NCBI GenBank assembly: GCA_030390025.1
Contig: JASTWF010000353.1
Coordinates: 248,001 to 312,000 of the forward strand
DNA from: Squalus acanthias
Taxonomy: Eukaryota
Direction: 5' to 3'
DNA length: 64,000 bases
Under the pieces are notes generated by a model. That model saw only the letters and a program-made list of their open reading frames with translations, made no database searches and had not been told where the DNA came from. Shown here one piece after another: positions 12,901 to 28,500 of this stretch (the stretch's first letter is position 1; each line of letters starts with the position of its first letter). Position numbers and translations under genes: made by a program.

Positions 12901-15900
12901 CTCTAACGCAGTGTGTAATATGTTATAGACTCTAACGCAGTGTGTAATCTATGTTACAGACTCTAACGCAGTGTGTAATCTATGTTACAGACTCTAACGC
13001 AGTGTGTAATCTACGTTACAGACTCTAACGCAGTGTGTAATCTATGTTACAGACTCTAACGCAGTGTGTAATTTATGTTAAAGACTCTAACGCAGTGTGT
13101 AATCTATGTTACAGACTCTAACGCAGTGTGTAATCTATGTTACAGACTCTAACGCAGTGTGTAATCTATGTTACAGACTCTAACGCAGTGTGTAATCTAT
13201 GTTACAGACTCTAACGCAGTGTGTAATCTATGTTACAGACTCTAACGCAGTGTGTAATCTATGTTACAGACTCTAACGCAGTGTGTAATATATGTTACAG
13301 ACTCTAACGCAGTGTGTAATCTATGTTACAGACTCTAACGCAGTGTGTAATCTATGTTACAGACTCTAACGCAGTGTGTAATATATGTTACAGACTCTAA
13401 CGCAGTGTGTAATCTATGTTACAGACTCTAACGCAGTGTGTAATCTATGTTACAGACTCTAACGCAGTGTGTAATCTATGTTACAGACTCTAACGCAGTG
13501 TGTAATCTATGTTACAGACTCTAACGCAGTGTGTAATCTATGTTACAGACTCTAACGCAGTGTGTAATCTATGTTACAGACTCTAACGCAGTGTGTAATC
13601 TATGTTACAGACTCTAACGCAGTGTGTAATATATGTTACAGACTCTAACGCAGTGTGTAATCTATGTTACAGACTCTAACGCAGTGTGTAATTTATGTTA
13701 CAGACTCTAACGCAGTGTGTAATCTATGTTAAGACTCTAACGCAGTGTGTAATTATGTTACAGACTCTAACGCAGTGTGTAATTTATGTTACAGACTCTA
13801 ACGCAGTGTGTAATCTATGTTACAGACTCTAACGCAGTGTGTAATCTATGTTACAGACTCTAACGCAGTGTGTAATCTATGTTACAGACTCTAACGCAGT
13901 GTGTAATCTATGTTACAGACTCTAACGCAGTGTGTAATCTATGTTACAGACTCTAACGCAGTGTGTAATCTATGTTACAGACTCTAACGCAGTGTGTAAT
14001 CTATGTTACAGACTCTAACGCAGTGTGTAATCTATGTTACAGACTCTAACGCAGTGTGTAATCTATGTTACAGACTCTAACGCAGTGTGTAATCTATGTT
14101 ACAGACTCTAACGCAGTGTGTAATCTATGTTACAGACTCTAACGCAGTGTGTAATCTATGTTACAGACTCTAACGCAGTGTGTAATCTATGTTACAGACT
14201 CTAACGCAGTGTGTAATCTATGTTACAGACTCTAACGCAGTGTGTAATCTATGTTACAGACTCTAATGCAGTGTGTAATCTATGTTACAGACTCTAACGC
14301 AGTGTGTAATCTATGTTACAGACTCTAACGCAGTGTGTAATCTATGTTACAGACTCTAACGCAGTGTGTAATCTATGTTACAGACTCTAACGCAGTGTGT
14401 AATTTATGTTACAGACACTAACGCAGTGTGTAATCTATGTTACAGATCTAACGCAGTGTGTAATCTATGTTACAGACTCTAACGCAGTGTGTAATCTATG
14501 TTACAGACTCTAACGCAGTGTGTAATCTATGTTACAGACTCTAACGCAGTGTGTAATCTATGTTACAGACTCTAACGCAGTGTGTAATCTATGTTACAGA
14601 CTCTAACGCAGTGTGTAATCTATGTTACAGACTCTAACGCAGTGTGTAATCTATGTTACAGACTCTAACGCAGTGTGTAATCTATGTTACAGACTCTAAC
14701 GCAGTGTGTAATCTATGTTACAGACTCTAACGCAGTGTGTAATCTATGTTACAGACTCTAACGCAGTGTGTAATCTATGTTACAGACTCTAACGCAGTGT
14801 GTAATCTATGTTACAGACTCTAACGCAGTGTGTAATCTATGTTACAGACTCTAACGCAGTGTGTAATCTATGTTACAGACTCTAACGCAGTGTGTAATCT
14901 ATGTTACAGACTCTAACGCAGTGTGTAATCTATGTTACAGGACTCTAACGCAGTGTGTAATTTATGTTACAGACTCTAACGCAGTGTGTATATATGTTAC
15001 AGACTCTACGCAGGTGTAATCTATGTTACAGACTCTAACGCAGTGTGTAATATATGTTACAGACTCTAACGCAGTGTGTAATATATGTTACAGACTCTAA
15101 CGCAGTGTGTAATATATGTTACAGACTCTAACGCAGTGTGTAATATATGTTAAAGACTCTAACGCAGTGTGTAATCTATGTTACAGACTCTAACGCAGTG
15201 TGTAATCTATGTTACAGACTCTACGCAGTGTGTAATCTATGTTACAGACTCTAACGCAGTGTGTAATCATGTGCTACAGACTCTATCACAGTGTGTAATA
15301 TATGTTACAGACTCTAAAGCAGTGTGTAATATATGTTACAGACTCTAATGCAGTGTGTAATCTATGTTACAGACTCTACGCAGTGTGTAATCTATGTTAC
15401 AGACTCTAACGCAGTGTGTAATCTATGTTACAGACTCTAACGCAGTGTGTAATATATGTTACAGACTCTAACGCAGTGTGTAATCTATGTTACAGACTCT
15501 AACGCAGTGTGTAATCTATGTTACAGACTCTAACGCAGTGTGTAATCTATGTTACAGACTCTAACGCAGTGTGTAATCTATGTTACAGACTCTAACGCAG
15601 TGTGTAATTATGTTACAGACTCTAACGCAGTGTGTAATATATGTTACAGACTCTAACGCAGTGTGTAATCTATGTTACAGACTCTAACGCAGTGTGTAAT
15701 CTATGTTACAGACTCTAATGCAGTGTGTAATCTATGTTAAAGACTCTAACGCAGTGTGTAATCTATGTTACAGACTCTAACGCAGTGTGTAATCTATGTT
15801 ACAGACTCTAACGCAGTGTGTAATATATGTTACAGACTCTAACGCAGTGTGTAATCTATGTTACAGACTCTAACGCAGTGTGTAATCTATGTTACAGACT

Positions 15901-18900
15901 CTAACGCAGTGTGTAATCTATGTTACAGACTCTAACGCAGTGTGTAATCTATGTTACAGACTCTAACGCAGTGTGTAATCTATGTTACAGACTCTAACGC
16001 AGTGTGTAATCTATGTTACAGACTCTAACGCAGTGTGTAATCTATGTTACAGACTCTAACGCAGTGTGTAATATATGTTACAGACTCTAACGCAGTGTGT
16101 AATCTATGTTACAGACTCTAACGCAGTGTGTAATCTATGTTACAGACTCTAACGCAGTGTGTAATATATGTTACAGACTCTAACGCAGTGTGTAATCTAT
16201 GTTACAGACTCTAACGCAGTGTGTAATCTATGTTACAGACTCTAACGCAGTGTGTAATATATGTTACAGACTCTAACGCAGTGTGTAATCTATGTTACAG
16301 ACTCTAACGCAGTGTGTAATCTATGTTACAGACTCTAACGCAGTGTGTAATCTATGTTACAGACTCTAACGCAGTGTGTAATCTATGTTACAGACTCTAA
16401 CGCAGTGTGTAATCTATGTTACAGACTCTAACGCAGTGTGTAATCTATGTTACAGACTCTAACGCAGTGTGTAATCTATGTTACAGACTCTAACGCAGTG
16501 TGTAATCTATGTTACAGACTCTAACGCAGTGTGTAATCTATGTTACAGACTCTAACGCAGTGTGTAATCTATGTTACAGACTCTAACGCAGTGTGTAATA
16601 TATGTTACAGACTCTAACGCAGTGTGTAATCTATGTTACAGACTCTAACGCAGTGTGTAATCTATGTTACAGACTCTAACGCAGTGTGTAATCTATGTTA
16701 CAGACTCTAACGCAGTGTGTAATATATGTTACAGACTCTAACGCAGTGTGTAATCTATGTTACAGACTCTAACGCAGTGTGTAATCTATGTTACAGACTC
16801 TAACGCAGTGTGTAATCTATGTTACAGACTCTAACGCAGTGTGTAATCTATGTTACAGACTCTAACGCAGTGTGTAATCTATGTTACAGACTCTAACGCA
16901 GTGTGTAATCTATGTTACAGACTCTAACGCAGTGTGTAATCTATGTTACAGACTCTAACGCAGTGTGTAATCTATGTTACAGACTCTAACGCAGTGTGTA
17001 ATATATGTTACAGACTCTAATGCCGTGTGTAATCTTGTTACAGACTCTAACGCAGTGTGTAATCTATGTTACAGACTCTAACGCAGTGTGTAATATATGT
17101 TCAGACTCTAACGCAGTGTGTAATCTATGTTACAGACTCTAACGCAGTGTCAATCTATGTTACAGACTCTAAAGCAGTGTGTAATCGTTGTACAGACTCT
17201 AACGCAGTGTGTAATCTATGTTACAGACTCTAACGCAGTGTGTAATCTATGTTACAGACTCTAACGCAGTGTGTAATCTATGTTACAGACTCTAACGCAG
17301 TGTGTAATCTATGTTACAGACTCTAACGCAGTGTTGTAATCTATGTTACAGACTCTAACGCAGTGTGTAATCTATGTTACAGACTCTAACGCAGTGTGTA
17401 ATCTATGTTACAGACTCTAACGCAGTGTGTAATTATGTTACAGACTCTAACGCAGTGTGTAATCTATGTTACAGACTCTAACGCAGTGTGTAATCTATGT
17501 TACAGACTCTAACGCAGTGTGTAATCTATGTTACAGACTCTAACGCAGTGTGTAATCTATGTTACAGACTCTAACGCAGTGTGTAATCTATGTTACAGAC
17601 TCTAACGCAGTGTGTAATATATGTTACAGACTCTAACGCAGTGTGTAATCTATGTTACAGACTCTAACGCAGTGTGTAATCTATGTTACAGACTCTAACG
17701 CAGTGTGTAATCTATGTTACAGACTCTAACGCAGTGTGTAATCTATGTTACAGACTCTAACGCAGTGTGTAATCTATGTTACAGACTCTAACGCAGTGTG
17801 TAATATATGTTACAGACTCTAACGCAGTGTGTAATCTATGTTACAGACTCTAACGCAGTGTGTAATCTATGTTACAGACTCTAACGCAGTGTGTAATCTA
17901 TGTTACAGACTCTAACGCAGTGTGTAATATATGTTACAGACTCTAACGCAGTGTGTAATCTATGTTACAGACTCTAACGCAGTGTGTAATCTATGTTACA
18001 GACTCTAACGCAGTGTGTAATCTATGTTACAGACTCTAACGCAGTGTGTAATTATGTTACAGACTCTAACGCAGTGTGTAATCTATGTTACAGACTCTAA
18101 CGCAGTGTGTAATCTATGTTACAGACTCTAACGCAGTGTGTAATCTATGTTACAGACTCTAACGCAGTGTGTAATCTATGTTACAGACTCTAACGCAGTG
18201 TGTAATCTATGTTACAGACTCTAACGCAGTGTGTAATCTATGTTACAGACTCTAACGCAGTGTGTAATCTATGTTACAGACTCTAACGCAGTGTGTAATC
18301 TATGTTACAGACTCTAACGCAGTGTGTAATCTATGTTACAGACTCTAACGCAGTGTGTAATCTATGTTACAGACTCTAACGCAGTGTGAAATCTATGTTA
18401 CAGACTCTAACGCAGTGTGTAATCTATGTTACAGACTCTAACGCAGTGTGTAATCTATGTTACAGACTCTAACGCAGTGTGTAATCTATGTTACAGACTC
18501 TAACGCAGTGTGTAATCTATGTTACAGACTCTAACGCAGTGTGTAATCTATGTTACAGACTCTAACGCAGTGTGTAATCTATGTTACAGACTCTAACGCA
18601 GTGTGTAATCTATGTTACAGACTCTAACGCAGTGTGTAATCTATGTTACAGACTCTAACGCAGTGTGTAATATATGTTACAGACTCTAACGCAGTGTGTA
18701 ATCTATGTTACAGACTCTAACGCAGTGTGTAATCTATGTTACAGACTCTAACGCAGTGTGTAATCTATGTTACAGACTCTAACGCAGTGTGTAATCTATG
18801 TTACAGACTCTAACGCAGTGTGTAATCTATGTTACAGACTCTAACGCAGTGTGTAATCTATGTTACAGACTCTAACGCAGTGTGTAATCTATGTTACAGA

Positions 18901-21900
18901 CTCTAACGCAGTGTGTAATATATGTTACAGACTCTAACGCAGTGTGTAATCTATGTTACAGACTCTAACGCAGTGTGTAATCTATGTTACAGACTCTAAC
19001 GCAGTGTGTAATCTATGTTACAGACTCTAACGCAGTGTGTAATCTATGTTACAGACTCTAACGCAGTGTGTAATCTATGTTACAGACTCTAACGCAGTGT
19101 GTAATCTATGTTACAGACTCTAACGCAGTGTGTAATCTATGTTACAGACTCTAACGCAGTGTGTAATCTATGTTACAGACTCTAACGCAGTGTGTAATCT
19201 ATGTTACAGACTCTAACGCAGTGTGTAATCTATGTTACAGACTCTAACGCAGTGTGTAATCTATGTTACAGACTCTAACGCAGTGTGTAATCTATGTTAC
19301 AGACTCTAACGCAGTGTGTAATCTATGTTACAGACTCTAACGCAGTGTGTAATCTATGTTACAGACTCTAACGCAGTGTGTAATCTATGTTACAGACTCT
19401 AACGCAGTGTGTAATCTATGTTACAGACTCTAACGCAGTGTGTAATCTATGTTACAGACTCTAACGCAGTGTGTAATCTATGTTACAGACTCTAACGCAG
19501 TGTGTAATCTATGTTACAGACTCTAACGCAGTGTGTAATCTATGTTACAGACTCTAACGCAGTGTGTAATCTATGTTACAGACTCTAACGCAGTGTGTAA
19601 TATATGTTACAGACTCTAACGCAGTGTGTAATCTATGTTACAGACTCTAACGCAGTGTGTAATCTATGTTACAGACTCTAACGCAGTGTGTAATCTATGT
19701 TACAGACTCTAACGCAGTGTGTAATATATGTTACAGACTCTAACGCAGTGTGTAATCTATGTTACAGACTCTAACGCAGTGTGTAATCTATGTTACAGAC
19801 TCTAACGCAGTGTGTAATCTATGTTCAGACTCTAACGCAGTGTGTAATCTATGTTACAGACTCTAACGCAGTGTGTAATCTATGTTACAGACTCTAACGC
19901 AGTGTGTAATCTATGTTACAGACTCTAACGCAGTGTGTAATCTATGTTACAGACTCTAACGCAGTGTGTAATCTATGTTACAGACTCTAACGCAGTGTGT
20001 AATCTATGTTACAGACTCTAACGCAGTGTGTAATATATGTTACAGACTCTAACGCAGTGTGTAATCTATGTTACAGACTCTAACGCAGTGTGTAATCTAT
20101 GTTACAGACTCTAACGCAGTGTGTAATCTATGTTACAGACTCTAACGCAGTGTGTAATCTATGTTACAGACTCTAACGCAGTGTGTAATCTATGTTACAG
20201 ACTCTAACGCAGTGTGTAATCTATGTTACAGACTCTAACGCAGTGTGTAATCTATGTTACAGACTCTAACGCAGTGTGTAATATATGTTACAGACTCTAA
20301 CGCAGTGTGTAATATATGTTACAGACTCTAACGCAGTGTGTAATCTATGTTACAGACTCTAACGCAGTGTGTAATCTATGTTACAGACTCTAACGCAGTG
20401 TGTAATATATGTTACAGACTCTAACGCAGTGTGTAATTATGTTACAGACTCTAACGCAGTGTGTAATATATGTTACAGACTCTAACGCAGTGTGTAATCT
20501 ATGTTACAGACTCTAACGCAGTGTGTAATCTATGTTACAGACTCTAACGCAGTGTGTAATCTATGTTACAGACTCTAACGCAGTGTGTAATCTATGTTAC
20601 AGACTCTAACGCAGTGTGTAATATATGTTACAGACTCTAACGCAGTGTGTAATCTATGTTACAGACTCTAACGCAGTGTGTAATATATGTTACAGACTCT
20701 AACGCAGTGTGTAATCTATGTTACAGACTCTAATGCAGTGTGTAATCTATGTTACAGACTCTAACGCAGTGTGTAATATGTGATACAGACTCTAACGCAG
20801 TGTGTAATCTATGTTACAGACTCTAACGCAGTGTGTAATATATGATACAGTCTCAACGCAGTGTGTAATTATGTTACAGACTCTAACGCAGTGTGTAATA
20901 TATGATACAGACTGTAACGCAGTGTGTAATCTCTGTCACAGACTCTAACGCAGTGTGTAATATATGTTACAGAAACTAAGGCAGTGTGTAATCTATGTTA
21001 CAGACACTAACGCAGTGTGTAATCTATGTTACAGACTCTAACGCAGTGTGTAATCTATGTTACAGACTCTAACGCAGTGTGTAATCTATGTTACAGACTC
21101 TAACGCAGTGTGTAATCTATGTTACAGACTCTAATGCAGTGTGTAATATATGTTACAGACTCTAACGCAGTGTGTAATCTATGTTACAGTCACTAACGCA
21201 GTGTGTAATCTATGTTACAGACTCTAACGCAGTGTGTAATCTATGTTACAGACTCTAACGCAGTGTGTAATATGTGATACAGACTCTAACGCTGTGTGTA
21301 ATCTATGTTACAGACTCTAACGCAGTGTGTAATATATGTTACAGACTCTAACGCAGTGTGTAATCTATGTTACAGACTCTAACGCAGTGTGTAATATATG
21401 TTACAGACTCTAACGCAGTGTGTAATCTATGTTACAGACTCTAACGCAGTGTGTAATCTATGTTACAGACTCTAACGCAGTGTGTAATCTATGTTACAGA
21501 CTCTAACGCAGTGTGTAATCTATGTTACAGACTCTAACGCAGTGTGTAATCTATGTTACAGACTCTAACGCAGTGTGTAATATATGTTACAGACTCTAAC
21601 GCAGTGTGTAATATATGTTACAGACTCTAACGCAGTGTGTAATCTATGTTACAGACTCTAACGCAGTGTGTAATTTATGTTAAAGACTCTAACGCAGTGT
21701 GTAATTTATGTTACAGACTCTAACGCAGTGTGTAATTTATGTTACAGACTCTAACGCAGTGTGTAATTTATGTTACAGACTCTAACGCAGTGTGTAATCT
21801 ATGTTACAGACTCTAACGCAGTGTGTAATCTATGTTACAGACTCTAACGCAGTGTGTAATCTATGTTACAGACTCTAACGCAGTGTGTAATCTATGTTAC

Positions 21901-22300
21901 AGACTCTAACGCAGTGTGTAATCTATGTTACAGACTCTAACGCAGTGTGTAATCTATGTTACAGACTCTAACGCAGTGTGTAATCTGTGTTACAGACTCT
22001 AACGCAGTGTGTAATCTATGTTTACAGATTCTAACGCAGTGTGAAATCTATGTTACAGACTCTAACGCAGTGTGAAATCTATGTTACAGACTCTAACGCA
22101 GTGTGTCATCTATGTTACAGACTCTAACGCAGTGTGTCATCTTTATTACAGACTCTAACGCAGTGTGTAATATAAGTTGCAGACTGCAACGCAGTGTGTA
22201 ATTTCCATTGCAGACTCTAACGCCGTGTGTAATCTATGTTACAGACTCTAACGCAGTTTGTAATATATGTAACAGACTCTAACGCAGTGTTAATATACAA

Positions 22301-22520
22301 AAATGAGAAGTCGCACAACACCAGGTTATAGTCCACAGATTTATTTAATTTTAGAAGCTTTCGAGCTACGTCCTTCGTCAGGTAAGTTGCTAACTTACCT
22401 GACGAAGGAGCGATAGCTCCGAAAGCTTCTAAAATTAAATAAATCTGTTGGACTATAACCTGGTGTTGTGCGACTTCTCATTTTTGTCCACCCCAGTCCA
22501 ACGCCGGCATCTCCACATCA
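22301..22520. mobile_element. Penelope-like pseudo-LTR inverted-repeat insertion, copy 1
   Basis: Arms 22297-22388 and 22392-22487 around a GCT loop, then a 33-bp unpaired tail. taatatacaa is duplicated on both sides. The left arm has four 1-bp deletions relative to copy 2. Confidence 0.85.
22395..22432 (+). ncRNA. Minimal type-I hammerhead ribozyme motif (copy 1; stem I weakened by C at 22429)
   Basis: ttac-CTGACGA-a-GGAGC-gata-GCTCC-GAAA-gc-TT-ctaa. Confidence 0.65.
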
Positions 22521-25500
22521 TGTAATATACAATGCAGATGCTAACTCAGTGTGTAATCTATGTTACAGACTCTAACGCAGTGTGAAATCTATGTTACAGA
22601 CTCTAACGCAGTGTGTAATATACGTTGCAGACTCTAACGCCGTGTGTAATCTATGTTACAGACTCCTAACGCAGTGTGTAATCTATGTTACAGACTCTAA
22701 CGCAGGTGTTTAATATATGTTACAGACTCTAATGCTGTTTGTAATATATGTTACAGACTCTAACGCAGTGTGTAATCTATGTTCCAGACCCTAACGCTGT
22801 TTGTAATATATGTTACAGACTCTAACGCAGTGTGTAATCTATGTTACAGACTCTAATGCAGTGTGTAATCTATGTTACAGACTCTAACGCAGTGTGTAAT
22901 CTGTGTTACAGGCTGTAACGCAGTGTGTAATCTATGTTAGAGACACTAACGCTGTGTGTAATCTATGTTGCAGACTCTAACGCAGTGTGTAATATACGTT
23001 ACAGACTCTAACGCAATGTGTAATCTATGTTACAGACCCTAAGGCAGTGTGTAATGTATGTTACAGACTCTAACGCAGTGTGTAATATATGTTACAGGCT
23101 CTAATGCAGTGTGTAATCTATGTTACAGACTCTAACGCAGTGTGTAATATGTTACAGACTCTAACGCAGTGTGTAATATATGTTACAGACTCTAACGCAG
23201 TGTGTAATTTACGTTAAAGACTCTAACGCAGTATGTAATAAATGTTACAGACTCTAACGCAGTGTGTAAATTTATGTTAAAGACTCTAACGCATGGAGTA
23301 ATATATGTCAAAGACTCTAACGCAGTGTGTAATATTTGTTACAGACTCTAACGCAGTGTGTAATATATGTTACAGACTCGAACGCATGGAGTAATATATG
23401 TTAAAGACTCTAACGCAGTGTGAAATCTATGTTACAGACTCTAACGCTGTGTGTAATCTATGTTACAGACTCTAACGCAGTGTGTAATCTATGTTACAGA
23501 CTCTAACGCAGTGTGTAATCTATGTTACAGACTCTAACGCAGTGTGTAATCTATGTTACAGACTCTACGCAGTGCGTATTCTATGTTACAGACTCTAACG
23601 CAGTGTCGTAATATATGTTACAGACTCTAACTGCTGTGTGTAATCTATGTTACAGACTCTAACGCAGTGTGTAATCTACTGATACAGACTGCAAACGCAG
23701 TGTGTAATCTATGTTACAGACTCTAACGCAGTGTGTAATATATGTCACAGACTCTAACGCAGAGTGTAATCTATGATACAGACTCTACGCAGTGTGTAAT
23801 ATATGTTACAGACACTAACGCAGTGTGTAATTTATGTTACAGACTCTAACGCAGTGTGTAATCTATGTTACAGACTCTAATCGCAGTGTGTAATCTATGT
23901 TACAGACTCTAACGCAGTGTGTAATCGATGTTACCGACTCTAACGCAGTGTGTAATCTATGTTACAGACTCTAACGCAGTGTGTAATATATGTTACAGAC
24001 TCTAACGCAGTGTGTAATCTATGTTACAGACTCTAACGCAGTGTGTAATCTATGTTACAGACTCTAACGCAGTGTGTAATCTATGTTACAGACTCTAACG
24101 CAGTGTGTAATCTATGTTACAGACTCTAACGCAGTGTGTAATCTATGTTACAGACTCTAACGCAGTGTGTAATATATGTTACAGACTCTAACGCAGTGTG
24201 TAATCTATGTTACAGACTCTAACGCAGTGTGTAATCTATGTTACAGACTCTAACGCAGTGTGTAATTATGTTACAGACTCTAACGCAGTGTGTAATTTAT
24301 GTTACAGACTCTAACGCAGTGTGTAATTTATGTTACAGACTCTAACGCAGTGTGTAATTTATGTTACAGACTCTAACGCAGTGTGTAATATATGTTACAG
24401 ACTCTAACGCAGTGTGTAATCTATGTTACAGACTCTAACGCAGTGTGTAATCTATGTTACAGACTCTAACGCAGTGTGTAATCTATGTTACAGACTCTAA
24501 CGCAGTGTGTAATCTATGTTACAGACTCTAACGCAGTGTGTAATCTATGTTACAGACTCTAACGCAGTGTGTAATCTATGTTACAGACTCTAACGCAGTG
24601 TGTAATCTATGTTACAGACTCTAACGCAGTGTGTAATCTATGTTACAGACTCTAACGCAGTGTGTAATCTATGTTACAGACTCTAACGCAGTGTGTAATC
24701 TATGTTACAGACTCTAACGCAGTGTGTAATATGTGTACAGACTCTAACGCAGTGTGTAATCTATGTTACAGACTCTAACGCAGTGTGTAATATGTTACAG
24801 ACTCAACGCAGTGTGTAATCTATGTTACAGACTCTAACGCAGTGTGTAATATATGTTACAGACTCTAACGCAGTGTGTAATATATGTTACAGACTCTAAC
24901 GCAGTGTGTAATCTATGTTACAGACTCTAACGCAGTGTGTAATCTATGTTACAGACTCTAACGCAGTGTGTAATATATGTTACAGACTCTAACGCAGTGT
25001 GTAATCTATGTTACAGACTCTAACGCAGTGTGTAATCTATGTTACAGACTCTAACGCAGTGTGTAATCTATGTTACAGACTCTAACGCAGTGTGTAATAT
25101 ATGTTACAGACTCTAACGCAGTGTGTAATATATGTTACAGACTCTAACGCAGTGTGTAATATATGTTACAGACTCTAACGCAGTGTGTAATATATGTTAA
25201 CAGACTCTAACGCAGTGTGTAATCTATGTTACAGACTCTAACGCAGTGTGTAATTATGTTACAGACTCTAACGCAGTGTGTAATATATGTTACAGACTCT
25301 AACGCAGTGTGTAATTATGTTACAGACTCTAACGCAGTGTGTAATCTATGTTACAGACTCTAACGCAGTGTGTAATCTATGTTACAGACTCTAACGCAGT
25401 GTGTAATCTATGTTACAGACTCTAACGCAGTGTGTAATCTATGTTACAGACTCTAACGCAGTGTGTAATCTATGTTACAGACTCTAACGCAGTGTGTAAT

Positions 25501-28500
25501 CTATGTTACAGACTCTAACGCAGTGTGTAATATATGTTACAGACTCTAACGCAGTGTGTAATATATTTACAGACTCTAACGCAGTGTGTAATCTATGTTA
25601 CAGACTCTAACGCAGTGTGTAATATATGTACAGACTCTAACGCAGTGTGTAATATATGTTACAGACTCTAACGCAGTGTGTAATCTATGTTACAGACTCT
25701 AACGCAGTGTGTAATATATGTTACAGACTCTAACGCAGTGTGTAATATATGTTACAGACTCTAACGCAGTGTGTAATCTATGTTACAGACTCTAACGCAG
25801 TGTGTAATCTATGTTACAGACTCTAACGCAGTGTGTAATCTATGTTACAGACTCTAACGCAGTGTGTAATCTATGTTACAGACTCTAACGCAGTGTGTAA
25901 TCTATGTTACAGACTCTAACGCAGTGTGTAATCTATGTTACAGACTCTAACGCAGTGTGTAATCTATGTTACAGACTCTAACGCAGTGTGTAATCTATGT
26001 TACAGACTCTAACGCAGTGTGTAATATATGTTACAGACTCTAACGCAGTGTGTAATCTATGTTACAGACTCTAACGCAGTGTGTAATATATGTTACAGAC
26101 TCTAACGCAGTGTGTAATATATGTTACAGACTCTAACGCAGTGTGTAATCTATGTTACAGACTCTAACGCAGTGTGTAATCTATGTTACAGACTCTAACG
26201 CAGTGTGTAATATATGTTACAGACTCTAACGCAGTGTGTAATCTATGTTACAGACTCTAACGCAGTGTGTAATCTATGTTACAGACTCTAACGCAGTGTG
26301 TAATCTATGTTACAGACTCTAACGCAGTGTGTAATCTATGTTACAGACTCTAACGCAGTGTGTAATCTATGTTACAGACTCTAACGCAGTGTGTAATCTA
26401 TGTTACAGACTCTAACGCAGTGTGTAATCTATGTTACAGACTCTAACGCAGTGTGTAATATATGTTACAGACTCTAACGCAGTGTATTATATATGTTACA
26501 GACCCTAACGCTGTGTGTAATCTATGTTACCGACTCTAACGCAGTGGTTTAAATCTAGTTACAGAGCTCTAACGCAGTGTGTTATCTATGTTACAGACTC
26601 TAACGCAGTGTGTAATCTGTGTTACAGACTCTAACGCAGTGTGTAATCTATGTTACAGACTCTAACGCAGTGTGTAATCTATGTTACAGACTCTAACGCA
26701 GTGCGTAATCTATGTTACAGACTCTAACGCAGTGTGAAAATTTATGTTACAGACTCTAACGCAGTGTGTAATCTATGTTACAGACTCTAACGCAGGTGTG
26801 TAATCTATGTTACAGGACCTAACGCAGTGTGTAATCTATGTTACAGACTCTAACGCAGTGTGTAATCTATGTTACAGACTCTAACGCAGTGTGTAATCTA
26901 TGTTACAGACTCTAACGCAGTGTGTAATTTATGTTACAGACTCTAACGCAGTGTTGAATTTTATGTTACAAGCTCTAACCGCAGTGTGTAATCTATGTTA
27001 CAGACTCTAACGCAGTGGTGTAATCTATGTTACAGACTCTAACGCAGTGTGTAATCTAATGTTACAGACTCTAACGCAGTGTGTAATCTATGTTACAGAC
27101 TCTAACGCAGTGTGTAATCTATGTTACAGACTCTAACGCAGTGTGTAATCTGTTACAGACTCTAACGCAGTGTGTAATCTATGTTACAGACTCTAACGCA
27201 GTGTGTAATCTATGTTACAGACTCTAACGCAGTGTGTAATATATGTTACAGACTCTAACGCAGTGTGTAATCTATGTTACAGACTCTAACGCAGTGTGTA
27301 ATCTATGTTACAGACTCTAACGCAGTGTGTAATTTATGTTACAGACTCTAACGCAGTGTGTAATTTATGTTACAGACTCTAACGCAGTGTGTAATCTATG
27401 TTACAGACTCTAACGCAGTGTGTAATCTATGTTACAGACTCTAACGCAGTGTGTAATCTATGTTACAGACTCTAACGCAGTGTAATCTATGTTACAGACT
27501 CTAACGCAGTGTGTAATCTATGTTACAGACTCTAACGCAGTGTGTAATCTATGTTACAGACTCTAACGCAGTGTGTAATCTATGTTACAGACTCTAACGC
27601 AGTGTGTAATATATGTTACAGACTCTAACGCAGTGTGTAATCTATGTTACAGACTCTAACGCAGTGTGTAATCTATGTTACAGACTCTAACGCAGTGTGT
27701 AATCTATGTTACAGACTCTAACGCAGTGTGTAATCTATGTTACAGACTCTAACGCAGTGTGTAATCTATGTTACAGACTCTAACGCAGTGTGTAATCTAT
27801 GTTACAGACTCTAACGCAGTGTGTAATCTATGTTACAGACTCTAACGCAGTGTGTAATCTATGTTACAGACTCTAACGCAGTGTGTAATCTATGTTACAG
27901 ACTCTAACGCAGTGTGTAATCTATGTTACAGACTCTAACGCAGTGTGTAATCTATGTTACAGACTCTAACGCAGTGTGTAATATATGTTACAGACTCTAA
28001 CGCAGTGTGTAATCTATGTTACAGACTCTAACGCAGTGTGTAATCTATGTTACAGACTCTAACGCAGTGTGTAATCTATGTTACAGACTCTAACGCAGTG
28101 TGTAATTTATGTTACAGACTCTAACGCAGTGTGTAATCTATGTTACAGACTCTAACGCAGTGTGTAATCTATGTTACAGACTCTAACGCAGTGTGTAATC
28201 TATGTTACAGACTCTAACGCAGTGTGTAATCTATGTTACAGACTCTAACGCAGTGTGTAATCTATGTTACAGACTCTAACGCAGTGTGTAATCTATGTTA
28301 CAGACTCTAACGCAGTGTGTAATCTATGTTACAGACTCTAACGCAGTGTGTAATCTATGTTACAGACTCTAACGCAGTGTGTAATCTATGTTACAGACTC
28401 TAACGCAGTGTGTAATCTATGTTACAGACTCTAACGCAGTGTGTAATCTATGTTACAGACTCTAACGCAGTGTGTAATCTATGTTACAGACTCTAACGCA

